IMG/VR virus record: IMGVR_UViG_3300006153_000012
Location: 14,045 to 78,044 of that record
Length of the DNA stretch: 64,000 nucleotides
Direction: 5' to 3' (one strand)
DNA from: a virus
Lineage: Duplodnaviria > Caudoviricetes
Positions 38,589 to 47,739 of the stretch are shown piece by piece. Both the position numbers and the translations under genes were made by a program. The first letter of the stretch is position 1. The number at the start of each line of letters is the position of its first letter. Below the pieces are notes generated by a model. It was not told the origin of the DNA, did no database searches, and saw only the letters and a program-made list of their open reading frames with translations.

Positions 38589-39080
38589 ATGGTATACTTA
38601 AAAGAAAATACAAAGGTGATACCAATGAATAAATTAGAAAATTACCTAAGTGGTGAGAACCTTGATACATATAAAAGAAAATGGGAGACATGGATATTTA
38701 GTTCAATTGTATCAATATTCTTTCCATTTATAATTTCCATAATAATAAATGCTGTGTCTGGAAGTTTTAATTTTTTAGAACTTTTTGCACATGGAGATAT
38801 TATTATTTTATTTTATTCCTTAACAATTGCAGTTCTATTTGACTTATGGAATACACCCAAGGACAATAGAAAAAATGATAGAGGGTTACAAAGAAGTTTT
38901 TATATAATTCTTATGGTGTTATTTTCACAAATGGCTATATATGGAGTCATAAAAGCCAACATTATAACTAATTTATGGATGCTATTTTTTATGACGATCG
39001 GGACAATAATAGCATCATATTATATATGTAACTCTACACTGCTACAAATTTTTTTGTATAATATTGAAGAGGTAGAATAA
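38589..39080 (+). CDS. Four-TM membrane protein (moron)
   Basis: 163 aa with four hydrophobic segments, opposite to phage orientation. Confidence 0.7.
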   Translation: MVYLKENTKVIPMNKLENYLSGENLDTYKRKWETWIFSSIVSIFFPFIISIIINAVSGSFNFLELFAHGDIIILFYSLTIAVLFDLWNTPKDNRKNDRGLQRSFYIILMVLFSQMAIYGVIKANIITNLWMLFFMTIGTIIASYYICNSTLLQIFLYNIEEVE

Positions 39081-39713
39081 ATGGATTTTTCAATTATAGC
39101 AAGCATAATTTCAATTATTGCTGGTGTATCATCTGTTATATTAAGTATTACTAATTTTATTTCCACTAAAAAGGAGATGCAAATTAAAATAAAATTAGCT
39201 AATTCTGAAATAAAATTAAACAAAAAAGATATAGATAATTTAAACAAATTAATAAACACATCATTAACAGAAGAATGTACGAGTATTGCAAACTATTTTA
39301 AAAAAATTTCTCCCAATAATGAAATTAGAGTATATATCTATAAGATTGTAGATAATGAATGCATAAAAGTTGTTTCTTCTTCATCTCAATTAAAAGATGA
39401 CAAGAAATACATTATAGAAGAAAATATCGAATTTTCTCAAGCAAAAAGGACAAAAGAACCTTTTATTATAAATAATATATCTTATTTTTTAAAACGTGGA
39501 AATAAATTTTTTAACTCTAATACAAATTGGAATAAATATTATCAATCGCTTATCTGTTGTCCAATTAAAGACAAAAATGATATAATTGTTGGCTTTTTAT
39601 CTGTAGAGATAATGAAGCCTTTAAATGATTTAATAGACATAAAAAATATAACTGATTTTTTAGAACAACAATGCAAGATAATTTATAAAAATACAGAATT
39701 TGAGGAAATGTGA
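39081..39713 (+). CDS. TM + GAF-like domain protein (moron)
   Basis: N-terminal TM; YQSLICCPIKD...IVGFLSVE GAF-like end; translationally coupled to previous gene. Confidence 0.65.
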   Translation: MDFSIIASIISIIAGVSSVILSITNFISTKKEMQIKIKLANSEIKLNKKDIDNLNKLINTSLTEECTSIANYFKKISPNNEIRVYIYKIVDNECIKVVSSSSQLKDDKKYIIEENIEFSQAKRTKEPFIINNISYFLKRGNKFFNSNTNWNKYYQSLICCPIKDKNDIIVGFLSVEIMKPLNDLIDIKNITDFLEQQCKIIYKNTEFEEM

Positions 39714-39809
39714 TTTTTAACCCAATGAAACAATTCTTTCACCATATACAATTATGATTTATTTTAAACGGAATCAGGGAGAGGGTAAAGTTCACTCCCT
39801 GATTATTGT

Positions 39810-42455
39810 TTATATTTCATTAATTTCAAGGCGAAAGTAATTTAAATAATGGCCATCAAGTTCAGAAGAGAAAGTCAAGAGAATGCTGGCGGTTTGTTCT
39901 GATTCTGCATTATAGTAGATCAGTCCTTTGCCTTTATGTTGATGCATATCATAATAATCGCCATTACTCATTGCTAGTTGTATCATTATATTATTATGGG
40001 TATCCTCTTCACCATTTGGTGTAATAAGTCCTATTTCTGTTTCTATTCTATATGTTTTGCCTGTTTCTAACTTAATTTGTCCATTGGTGGTTGTCAGAAT
40101 ATTGCCAATAAATTCGCCTCTATTTTTTGTTATCAAAAGCTGCTGCGCTGTGCCACTTATTTCAATAGGACTGGAAAGTGTATACAGGCAATATTTCGGT
40201 TTAATTGGTTCTGGAATTTGTGCTAATGCTTGACCGGTTATTGATTCTTGATTCACTGCTAGATTTTGTTCCATTATTCTTGTAATAATGTCATCTTTTA
40301 GTGCAGATATTTGTTCATCAGACATATACACATTATTAATTACCGGCTGAGCAATCTCGAATACAGATAAACGAACTGCTGAAAATGTAACTGGTTCTGA
40401 ACAAGCCATAATTTTAATGCTAATCCTTGTGTCAACATCAAATTTAAAGAACTGAATATTTGAGCATAAATCAGAAGTTGTTTTTGTGTTGTTTACCGTC
40501 TGAAGGGAATACCCGATTTGCTTCTGTGCATCTACATTGTATAACATTAGATTACACATTGTTTCATCAGTGACATTATCAAGCCTGAATGATGCATAGA
40601 TGGCAAGCAATTTGCCTGCCGGTGCTATCATATATCCATCTGCATCTACAGCTAATCCATACAAGTCTTCTCCAACATCGGCGAGTTGGAAGTGGTCAAA
40701 TACTTTATTTACAGAAACTGGGTTTCCCATGTTTTCTGGGAATATCATGAGGTTCCCACGGATTACCTTATCGTTTAAAACAGATTGATATCCGTTGGCA
40801 ATTAAATCAGTACAATTATCAATTGCCAATTCAGAAGCTATTGCAGAGACTTCAGATTTAAATATATCATCTTTTTTCACGTCTGCAATTGTCTCTTGCT
40901 TTAATGTGGTCATCAATTCTTCTTTTTCCGTGTCGGTTAGTCCTGATACGGTACAGGGAGGGACAAATAAACCATCAGCTTTCTTTTCCAGTTGGTTGCC
41001 ATTTTGCGCAGAGACTGCAATTTCTGCCTCTGGAATAATTTCAGATAGTTCTGTCCTGATGTCTTCTTTCATTTTATCAAATTTTTCATCTGATATATTT
41101 GTTTGTTCCTGTATCTTAACATAGTAAGTATGCTCACATTTGATGCAGTAACTTACAGCAGTATTAGTTGGTCTTGAGGTATATTTATTGACACCTTCAT
41201 CATCGGTTATGACTTTGCCGGTATGCTGGTCGTGAGTTGAGCAATAAGGGGTTGTCTGGTCGATAGCGTCATAATATAAACTTGGGGTTAATCCCCATGC
41301 ATCATCATGACTCAAACCAGAGAATATGGCTAATTTATTCATATTATTGGCTTCATCATACCATTTCCCTATATGTTGGTGGGCAGTTGGTTCTTGATGT
41401 ACCCCTACATCAGCACCACTCCCAGTATTTCTGGTGGCAGTTCCGGAGCCGCGTAAAAATTCTCCTCTTAAATCTGGAACCGCGAAAGTTCCCGCAGCCC
41501 TATCTCCACCAAAATAATTGACATCTCCGAATTCTGCTTCGATATGTTGCGAGAGATGGGGGTAATCTGTGATGGCATAAATTGAACCGTCACATTTCAG
41601 ATAATGGGCAGGGCAATTATTTCCCATATAAGCCATAATGTGCCCAACTGGTATATCTTCTGGGTGTTCTTTTGCATCGTGGATAAAATCAACAATATCT
41701 ATGTTCTTTACTATTGGCTGTGCAATTTCGATGATTGTAAGCGATCTTTTTTGATATGTTGAGTTTGCGGTAGGTGGTGGATTATCAATAGTCCTTAATG
41801 TCACACTTACATCTGTAGGTGGAACATATATAAAACTTGCGTGGTCGTTACATGAGTGTATATCTTTCACGCTGCAACTGTATTGTATGTCATATACTCC
41901 GCTGTGTTGTATGTTATTTGTTACATCATAAAAGAAGTGCGCAAACCAGTTTGGTGTAGTGTTGTAATCACCACATCTTGAATGAAAAGTTATGTAATAT
42001 GTTTTACCCTTATGAAGTTTGATATAGCCGTTCTCGTCCAACTCAATTCCTTTTGCGTATTTATAAAATGAAGAAAAATTCATAAGACCGCCAGATATAA
42101 TTGGATCTTTATTGCAACTGATTAAATTGATGAACTCTACTTGCCCACCTAATATAGATGCGGAGAGATTAGGATCTGTTTTGATGATGTCCATGATTTT
42201 CTTTATGATTTCGTCTTCTGGAAGAATTAAATCATCATCTGTTAATTTCTGTATAATCTGCTGTATGATTGTTTCCTCTTCCAATACACTGTTGCAAGGT
42301 GGAACATAAAGACCATCTGATTTTCTGCTTATTGCATTGCCGGCTTCAGCGGAAATAGATACATTGGAATACTTTTTGCTCAATATTTCTTCATCAAAAT
42401 CTTTCAAAGAATTAATGAGATATTCTTTATCGATAGGTTTTTTTGTGTTTGGCAT
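39810..42455 (-). CDS. Tail-collar-domain fibre protein
   Basis: PVGHIMAY..YLKCDGS..YPHL..FAVPDLRGEFLRG tail-collar motif; internal repeat GNxxxxKxDGLxVPPC. Confidence 0.75.
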   Translation of the reverse strand: MPNTKKPIDKEYLINSLKDFDEEILSKKYSNVSISAEAGNAISRKSDGLYVPPCNSVLEEETIIQQIIQKLTDDDLILPEDEIIKKIMDIIKTDPNLSASILGGQVEFINLISCNKDPIISGGLMNFSSFYKYAKGIELDENGYIKLHKGKTYYITFHSRCGDYNTTPNWFAHFFYDVTNNIQHSGVYDIQYSCSVKDIHSCNDHASFIYVPPTDVSVTLRTIDNPPPTANSTYQKRSLTIIEIAQPIVKNIDIVDFIHDAKEHPEDIPVGHIMAYMGNNCPAHYLKCDGSIYAITDYPHLSQHIEAEFGDVNYFGGDRAAGTFAVPDLRGEFLRGSGTATRNTGSGADVGVHQEPTAHQHIGKWYDEANNMNKLAIFSGLSHDDAWGLTPSLYYDAIDQTTPYCSTHDQHTGKVITDDEGVNKYTSRPTNTAVSYCIKCEHTYYVKIQEQTNISDEKFDKMKEDIRTELSEIIPEAEIAVSAQNGNQLEKKADGLFVPPCTVSGLTDTEKEELMTTLKQETIADVKKDDIFKSEVSAIASELAIDNCTDLIANGYQSVLNDKVIRGNLMIFPENMGNPVSVNKVFDHFQLADVGEDLYGLAVDADGYMIAPAGKLLAIYASFRLDNVTDETMCNLMLYNVDAQKQIGYSLQTVNNTKTTSDLCSNIQFFKFDVDTRISIKIMACSEPVTFSAVRLSVFEIAQPVINNVYMSDEQISALKDDIITRIMEQNLAVNQESITGQALAQIPEPIKPKYCLYTLSSPIEISGTAQQLLITKNRGEFIGNILTTTNGQIKLETGKTYRIETEIGLITPNGEEDTHNNIMIQLAMSNGDYYDMHQHKGKGLIYYNAESEQTASILLTFSSELDGHYLNYFRLEINEI

Positions 42456-42489
42456 TTTTCATTTTCCTATACATTCATTTTTTATTTGT

Positions 42490-43053
42490 TTACCATGTTG
42501 AATAATCTATTGGGTCTGTTTCAAAACCATCAATACTTATTCCTCCAGAAGTATTTTCAAGATTCAATAGACGGGATTCTATATCCACAAACCAATTTTT
42601 TTGTGGCGGAGCAATATTCAAAAAGTCTAATGAGTTTTCAATTTTTATAGTGAATGGGACTGTTTTTAGTGCATAATTTTGTCCTGCCTCTGTACCTATA
42701 AAAATAATTGCAGCAGTAATTGTTCCGCTTTTATAAGTCACGGAATCAGACAAGATCCATGAAAACCTTAATAAGTCATTATTGTATTGAAGGTTATATG
42801 TGTCTTCTGTAAATATGCCCAGTTCATTCTTTACAATAATTTTTATATTTTTCGTATATAAATCAACGCCATCATAATATCTGTTTATCTCAAAGGTCAG
42901 GATATTTGAATTTATGTCGCCCATTACGATTTTTCCAATATTCTGTAATGCAGGGGTTTTTTCGGTTATCTTAATTAGCTGGTGTTCGTCTACCATAGTG
43001 GAAGTTTTGATGACACGTCCATCGGAATTTATAAAGTTTGTGTTATTCATCAT
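42490..43053 (-). CDS. BppU-like baseplate/fibre-anchoring protein
   Basis: LTFEINRYYDGVDL..FSWILS..VT pattern; start revised to MMNNTNF. Confidence 0.6.
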   Translation of the reverse strand: MMNNTNFINSDGRVIKTSTMVDEHQLIKITEKTPALQNIGKIVMGDINSNILTFEINRYYDGVDLYTKNIKIIVKNELGIFTEDTYNLQYNNDLLRFSWILSDSVTYKSGTITAAIIFIGTEAGQNYALKTVPFTIKIENSLDFLNIAPPQKNWFVDIESRLLNLENTSGGISIDGFETDPIDYSTW

Positions 43054-43114
43054 TTTTCCTTTTCGTTGTGTTCTTTTTTTAGAATTTTGTCCTTTATGTT
43101 GACTGATATTAAAA

Positions 43115-43201
43115 TGGGAAGAGTAGGATTTGAACCTACGGTACATTTCTGCACATCTGTCTTCAGAACAGACACAATAAACCAGACTCTGACATCTTCC
43201 C
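43115..43201 (-). tRNA. tRNA-Ser(UGA), class II
   Basis: GGGAAGA/TCTTCCC acceptor, TCTGT-TCTGAAG-ACAGA anticodon arm, long variable arm, GGTTCAAATCC. Confidence 0.75.
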
Positions 43202-43245
43202 ATGGATATGGGAGAACAGCGGTTGTTGCCCTCCCAAATGTTTGC

Positions 43246-43554
43246 TTATTCGTTGGTATCAGAATCAAAAATCATATCTAAAGCGTAATCCTCAATTGCA
43301 ACAGGTATAATTTGTCTCCTATTATAGGAATCTAAGAGACTAATGTATTTATTTTCAAATTCCTGTTTATCGGAAACTGAATAGTTTACAGTTTTTGTTT
43401 CTCCGGTTGGCTCATATGTAATTACTTCCTTAACTTCATTAGTTTCTGTATCTGTAACCTCTGTTTTTATTTCCTCCATTACGGGTTCCTTAACGGTGAG
43501 GAATTTGTATAATTTTGGATCTTTTTCATTTTGCACCAGAATGGTATATCTCAT
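43246..43554 (-). CDS. Hypothetical protein
   Basis: 102 aa with GGAGGA RBS. Confidence 0.65.
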   Translation of the reverse strand: MRYTILVQNEKDPKLYKFLTVKEPVMEEIKTEVTDTETNEVKEVITYEPTGETKTVNYSVSDKQEFENKYISLLDSYNRRQIIPVAIEDYALDMIFDSDTNE

Positions 43555-43569
43555 AAGTATCCTCCTTTA

Positions 43570-44019
43570 TTAAATTACTTTTTCGACAGTGCCCTCAATG
43601 TTGGCAGCATTCTGTTCTCTTGCTTCATCTACGAGTTCTTGTATTTTTGCTTCAATTTTGTCTACCCAGATAATAGCCTTTGCTTTGCTGAGGATCTCAA
43701 CATTTGAGATAGCGGTAGTCAACTCTTTTGCTGACATTTTATTGCTATCCAGTTCCATAATAAGACTGAGGTTTTCGTCAACAATAAAGGATTTATCAAC
43801 AAGTTTGAGCGTCACCTTTTCTCCGTCAGGATCATCGTCAGATACAATTTCCGGCATACTGTTGGTGACTTTGATATTTGCAGAAAAATCAATATCCCCA
43901 TATTTAAGTAATTTTGTGTAATCATGTAGTGCTTCTTTTGTCTCATCAGAAATTTCTATACATACAATACTTGCTGTCACCACATCATGTTCAGTGTTAA
44001 TGCTTCTTGCTAATTTCAT
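43570..44019 (-). CDS. Hypothetical protein
   Basis: 149 aa with AGGAG RBS. Confidence 0.65.
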   Translation of the reverse strand: MKLARSINTEHDVVTASIVCIEISDETKEALHDYTKLLKYGDIDFSANIKVTNSMPEIVSDDDPDGEKVTLKLVDKSFIVDENLSLIMELDSNKMSAKELTTAISNVEILSKAKAIIWVDKIEAKIQELVDEAREQNAANIEGTVEKVI

Positions 44020-44032
44020 ATTTTTCTCCTTT

Positions 44033-44305
44033 TTATTTTAGTGAATTATGCAATTTGTTAAGCCCGATAATAAAGTTCCTTAGAGTTTCTTTATTAATTG
44101 CACATTGTAATTGTGGGATGTCTGCTATCACAGTATCACGAACTACTAAGTTCATTACGTTTAATTTTTCATCTACCATCATTTCAGCCTTTGTTTGGTC
44201 GCCAAGTAAGATTTCTATAGATTGTACAGTTTGTCCAGAATCTTTAGTTATCATACGGACTTGACCTAACTGTAGCTGAAAATTATCTAAATTTAATTGA
44301 GGCAT
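44033..44305 (-). CDS. Hypothetical protein
   Basis: 90 aa with RBS. Confidence 0.6.
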   Translation of the reverse strand: MPQLNLDNFQLQLGQVRMITKDSGQTVQSIEILLGDQTKAEMMVDEKLNVMNLVVRDTVIADIPQLQCAINKETLRNFIIGLNKLHNSLK

Positions 44306-44345
44306 TTGTTCACCTGCTTTCCTTTTGTTTTCGCTTTGCTGAACT

Positions 44346-44428
44346 GAGGCAGGAGAGGACTCGAACCTCTGATGTTTCTAATGTGTCTGATTTGCAGTCA
44401 GGTGCAGTCGCCTCTGTGCCACCAGTAT
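44346..44428 (-). tRNA. tRNA-Cys(GCA)-like with long variable arm and poorly paired acceptor (likely pseudo)
   Basis: CTGA-CTGCAAA-TCAG anticodon arm, AGAGG-TTCGAGT-CCTCT T-arm; acceptor pairs only 4/7. Confidence 0.5.
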
Positions 44429-44690
44429 TTTAAATCCGTTCTTTCCCTATTTTTCTTCTCATATTTATACTCTCCGAAGCGGAGAGTTGGCCTCTCAGCA
44501 CATTTGCGTGTAGCCGTCAACACATTACGAATTCAGTCATTTTCGTTGATAATATTATCATTGCTGCCTATAACAGTCAGTCCTCCGAAAAGGATAAGAG
44601 GTGAGTTCCACATTGTTTGAATACTAAAAAATGACCGGCACTCGTCGAAGTTTCGGTCATTAATTGATTTATACATATCAGGTAGTTGTA

Positions 44691-45164
44691 TCACAAATGC
44701 TTAAATATGTAGTCTAGGTCTGTTATAACAATTTTAGTTCCCTGATAATATTTATTCATTATCTTCTTGGCTTTTGCATCAATTTTTCTCATTAAATCAT
44801 TTGGAATGGACACATCTTTTCCAGTATGTTCATCTATATACTTTTCGACAATATATTTTTCTGTAACGGGACAAATATTTTGTAAAAGAAATGCTGCTTC
44901 TCTGCCTTGAACATACCCAAACTCTAAACCATCATACGCTTTATAGCGTTTTAATTTCTCTTCTAAAAGCTTTCGGTACTTTTCAATCTGTGAAGAAATA
45001 GGAATCATCCAATAGATATTTTCATTCTTGATATCTTGAATTGCATAAAAACATGGTCTTCTATGCAAACTGTTAGAAGTGGTTTCCTTGTTTGCCATTA
45101 CACCATGTTGTGAGAATTTATTACAATATTCATCTGATAAAAAGTAGAACTTACCCTTAGTCAT
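44691..45164 (-). CDS. Type III toxin, CptN-like
   Basis: FYFLSDEY..RPCFY..WMIPISSQ..FLLQNICPV; preceded by two pseudoknot repeats and a terminator. Confidence 0.8.
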   Translation of the reverse strand: MTKGKFYFLSDEYCNKFSQHGVMANKETTSNSLHRRPCFYAIQDIKNENIYWMIPISSQIEKYRKLLEEKLKRYKAYDGLEFGYVQGREAAFLLQNICPVTEKYIVEKYIDEHTGKDVSIPNDLMRKIDAKAKKIMNKYYQGTKIVITDLDYIFKHL

Positions 45165-45182
45165 TTGTACCTCACAATAGAA

Positions 45183-45202
45183 GAGGACTCCGAAGAGTCC
45201 TC
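45183..45202 (-). terminator. Hairpin between antitoxin repeats and toxin
   Basis: GAGGACTC-TTCG-GAGTCCTC. Confidence 0.75.
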
Positions 45203-45306
45203 AATATTTTGCCCCTGTGCTTTTATTACTCGCCTTACAGGTGGCGAGAAATATTTTGTCTCCGTGCTTTTATATGCCGCCTTACGGATGGCGGAAAAAT
45301 ATTTTG
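45203..45306 (-). ncRNA. CptI-like antitoxin RNA, two approximately 47-nt pseudoknot repeats
   Basis: CCGCC-AUCCGUAA-GGCGG..ACGGA and CUCGCC-ACCUGUAA-GGCGAG..ACAGG with compensatory changes; TTGACA at 45382-45377. Confidence 0.85.
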
Positions 45307-45422
45307 AGTCAAAAGACTATAAGAAGAATGTGTTTATTCCTCTTGTAATTATTATATTACACTAGATGGGTTTTGATGTCAAGAAAATATTGGGTTCTGC
45401 GATAAAATTGGAGATTTATTGG

Positions 45423-46454
45423 CTAGATGAATGCTTCATCGGACTCATCAATTTCATCATTGCGAATAATATAGTGATTCTTGGTGGTGCTTACATCGTT
45501 ATGTCCTAATAATTTTTGTGCAACTTCAGCGGATTTATGTTCATAAACTACTATGTTAGTTGCTCTTGATTCTCGGAACTGGTGGGGATGACAACGTCTT
45601 CCAATGATTTTTTCAAATTTTTTGCACCAACCATTAAAGGTATCTTCGCCAACCTGTCTAGTTTTACCGTTTTTATATTTTACAACAAACATATATGGGC
45701 AATCGTCTTCACCACGCACTTCTAACCATTTTTTCATCCAATACATAGCATCTTCGCCAAATTTCAATTTTCTTGGTTTGCCAACAACAGATGCTCCTTT
45801 GCAACGAATAATATGTGTTTGATACGATTTTGAGATTGCTTCTTTTTCATTTCCATCTTCATCAACAATTTTAATTTTTCTTTCTTTTGCTGGATAATCA
45901 ACGACTTCTTTTAAAAGTTGTCTTGATTCTGCACGTCTGCAGCCGGTTGAATATGTAAAAACTAGATATGCTAACTTTTGCCACTCCTCACGTTTCTCTA
46001 ATTCTTCGCAAAGCATTATATATTCATCTGGAGTAAGAGGTTCTTTAGGATATACATTTCCTGTTTTTACTACTTTCAGTCCAACAGTGAAATTCCTAAA
46101 CGTAGGATACTCCTCTTCGTACATCATCATTACATAATTGCAAAATGAGCTGACACTTGATTTTTTGAATTTGATAGCTGAATCAGATAATCCTCTATTG
46201 GTGACCCAGTTTAAATATCTGACATATTCTTTCTTCTTTATATCCAAAAAACTTTTATTATTTAGATTCTGTTTTACCCAGTAAAAGAATATCCGCAATC
46301 CTGACTTATAGGCAATTTTTGATTTTACTGCAAGATCAGTTTGATTGTCTAAATATTCTTGAACCATATTTCTATTAAATTCAAGAACTTCCGTCCACAT
46401 TTCATCTGTTATATCATCACTACGTTTAGCATTTTTACCGTCCACATTTCTCAC
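45423..46454 (-). CDS. Tyrosine recombinase
   Basis: STGCRRAE, HQFRESRAT, LLGHNDVSTTKNHY (R-HxxR-H-Y). Confidence 0.9.
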   Translation of the reverse strand: MRNVDGKNAKRSDDITDEMWTEVLEFNRNMVQEYLDNQTDLAVKSKIAYKSGLRIFFYWVKQNLNNKSFLDIKKKEYVRYLNWVTNRGLSDSAIKFKKSSVSSFCNYVMMMYEEEYPTFRNFTVGLKVVKTGNVYPKEPLTPDEYIMLCEELEKREEWQKLAYLVFTYSTGCRRAESRQLLKEVVDYPAKERKIKIVDEDGNEKEAISKSYQTHIIRCKGASVVGKPRKLKFGEDAMYWMKKWLEVRGEDDCPYMFVVKYKNGKTRQVGEDTFNGWCKKFEKIIGRRCHPHQFRESRATNIVVYEHKSAEVAQKLLGHNDVSTTKNHYIIRNDEIDESDEAFI

Positions 46455-46531
46455 TTCCTTCCGTCCAATAAGTAACCAGCCTCATCACTGGTAGACACAC
46501 TACTTGCACCGTGTATATAATCTCTATAAAA

Positions 46532-47299
46532 TTATTTGAAATATTCAAGCAGTTTTTTCGTCAACCAAATTTGTCCTTTCCCAGTAAGTAAAGGGGTATA
46601 TGTAATATATGTTTTCCCATTTCTTTCATTTGTTCTTTCTTTATATTTCATGTATCCGCTATCTAACATTTGTTGCGATGGTTTGTTTTTTAAATTATGG
46701 CTTGAACATAAATACTCTCTTTTCCTACACCAATCCAATATCTTATTTCTGCCAAATGAAACTTTGTTATTATTTTGAAATGAAGCAGCAAATTTTCCAA
46801 AGTTAATGCAGTTTTCAGCAACACTTACTGCATCATGAAATTCTGCTTTTGGAATAAGTGGCGCAGTAGCTTTATTTACTTCGAGTTCAACAAGTCTGTT
46901 ATGTGCAGATGCAACTTCTAAAGGATCTTTGCTGAAAAGTTTAAGTTTGAGTTTTTCTTCTTCTGAAAGATAATCACCAGACTTAAGAGTTTCTTCCATT
47001 TTATTGAAAGCTTCTATGTATTTTAATTTCCACTGTAAAGCTTCTTTCCCAGTAAATCCCATTGCAAGAAGTGAAAATCCATCTCGATTCATAAGATAGC
47101 ATTTATAAGTTTTACCTCGTGAATTTTGATATGTACTTTCCACAAACATTTCACTGTCCAAATTTGGACAGTCAGATTTAGAAATAATATCTTCAATATC
47201 TCTAATAACATGATTATGAGATTTACCGAATTTCTCTGCAACATCTAAACTGCTTGCTAAAATTTTTCCATCTTGATTAAATAATGTAATATCACTCAT
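46532..47299 (-). CDS. Rha-family/KilAC antirepressor
   Basis: SSLDVAEKFGKSH..MNRDGFSLLAMGFTG..; C-terminal TPLLTGKGQIWL. Confidence 0.85.
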   Translation of the reverse strand: MSDITLFNQDGKILASSLDVAEKFGKSHNHVIRDIEDIISKSDCPNLDSEMFVESTYQNSRGKTYKCYLMNRDGFSLLAMGFTGKEALQWKLKYIEAFNKMEETLKSGDYLSEEEKLKLKLFSKDPLEVASAHNRLVELEVNKATAPLIPKAEFHDAVSVAENCINFGKFAASFQNNNKVSFGRNKILDWCRKREYLCSSHNLKNKPSQQMLDSGYMKYKERTNERNGKTYITYTPLLTGKGQIWLTKKLLEYFK

Positions 47300-47739
47300 T
47301 TTTATTTTCTCCTTTTATTCAAAAATATTATTTTCAGTAAAAGGAGAGTGGGAGGTAATTATCCTCCAAGGCTCTCCATTGTTGGTGTGGTAGGAACATA
47401 CCCTACACATGCGTACCACCAATGGTTTATCCGTCTAAAGGTAATCAGTCGCTTCACTGATCGGCAGTTACTTTCACTCACTACAAATCTCTAATTTATA
47501 TTTCTCCAAACAAAAAAGACTTACGCTCATTTTCTGATCATAAGTCTTCAGGTACTATTCAATTCAATTTTCTAATTTCTCAAGCAACTCCTTCACAGTG
47601 ATTTCCTCTCCAATAGATATACATTCATTTATACGATAGGAGAGTAGTTCTTTGAGAATAGTCAATTCATCATCTGTTAATTCTACAGATTTTACAGTTT
47701 TATCATACAATGCTGTTCACCTCGTGGATAATAAAAAAA

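Noticed and set aside
43050-43268. 72-aa ORF and similar short ORFs over tRNA loci (44372-44620, 50923-51216)
   Set aside because: They overlap tRNA structures and lack supporting features
45423-46454. Tyrosine recombinase as the prophage integrase with a nearby att site
   Set aside because: Phage genes continue on both sides and no host junction or att repeat is visible in the window
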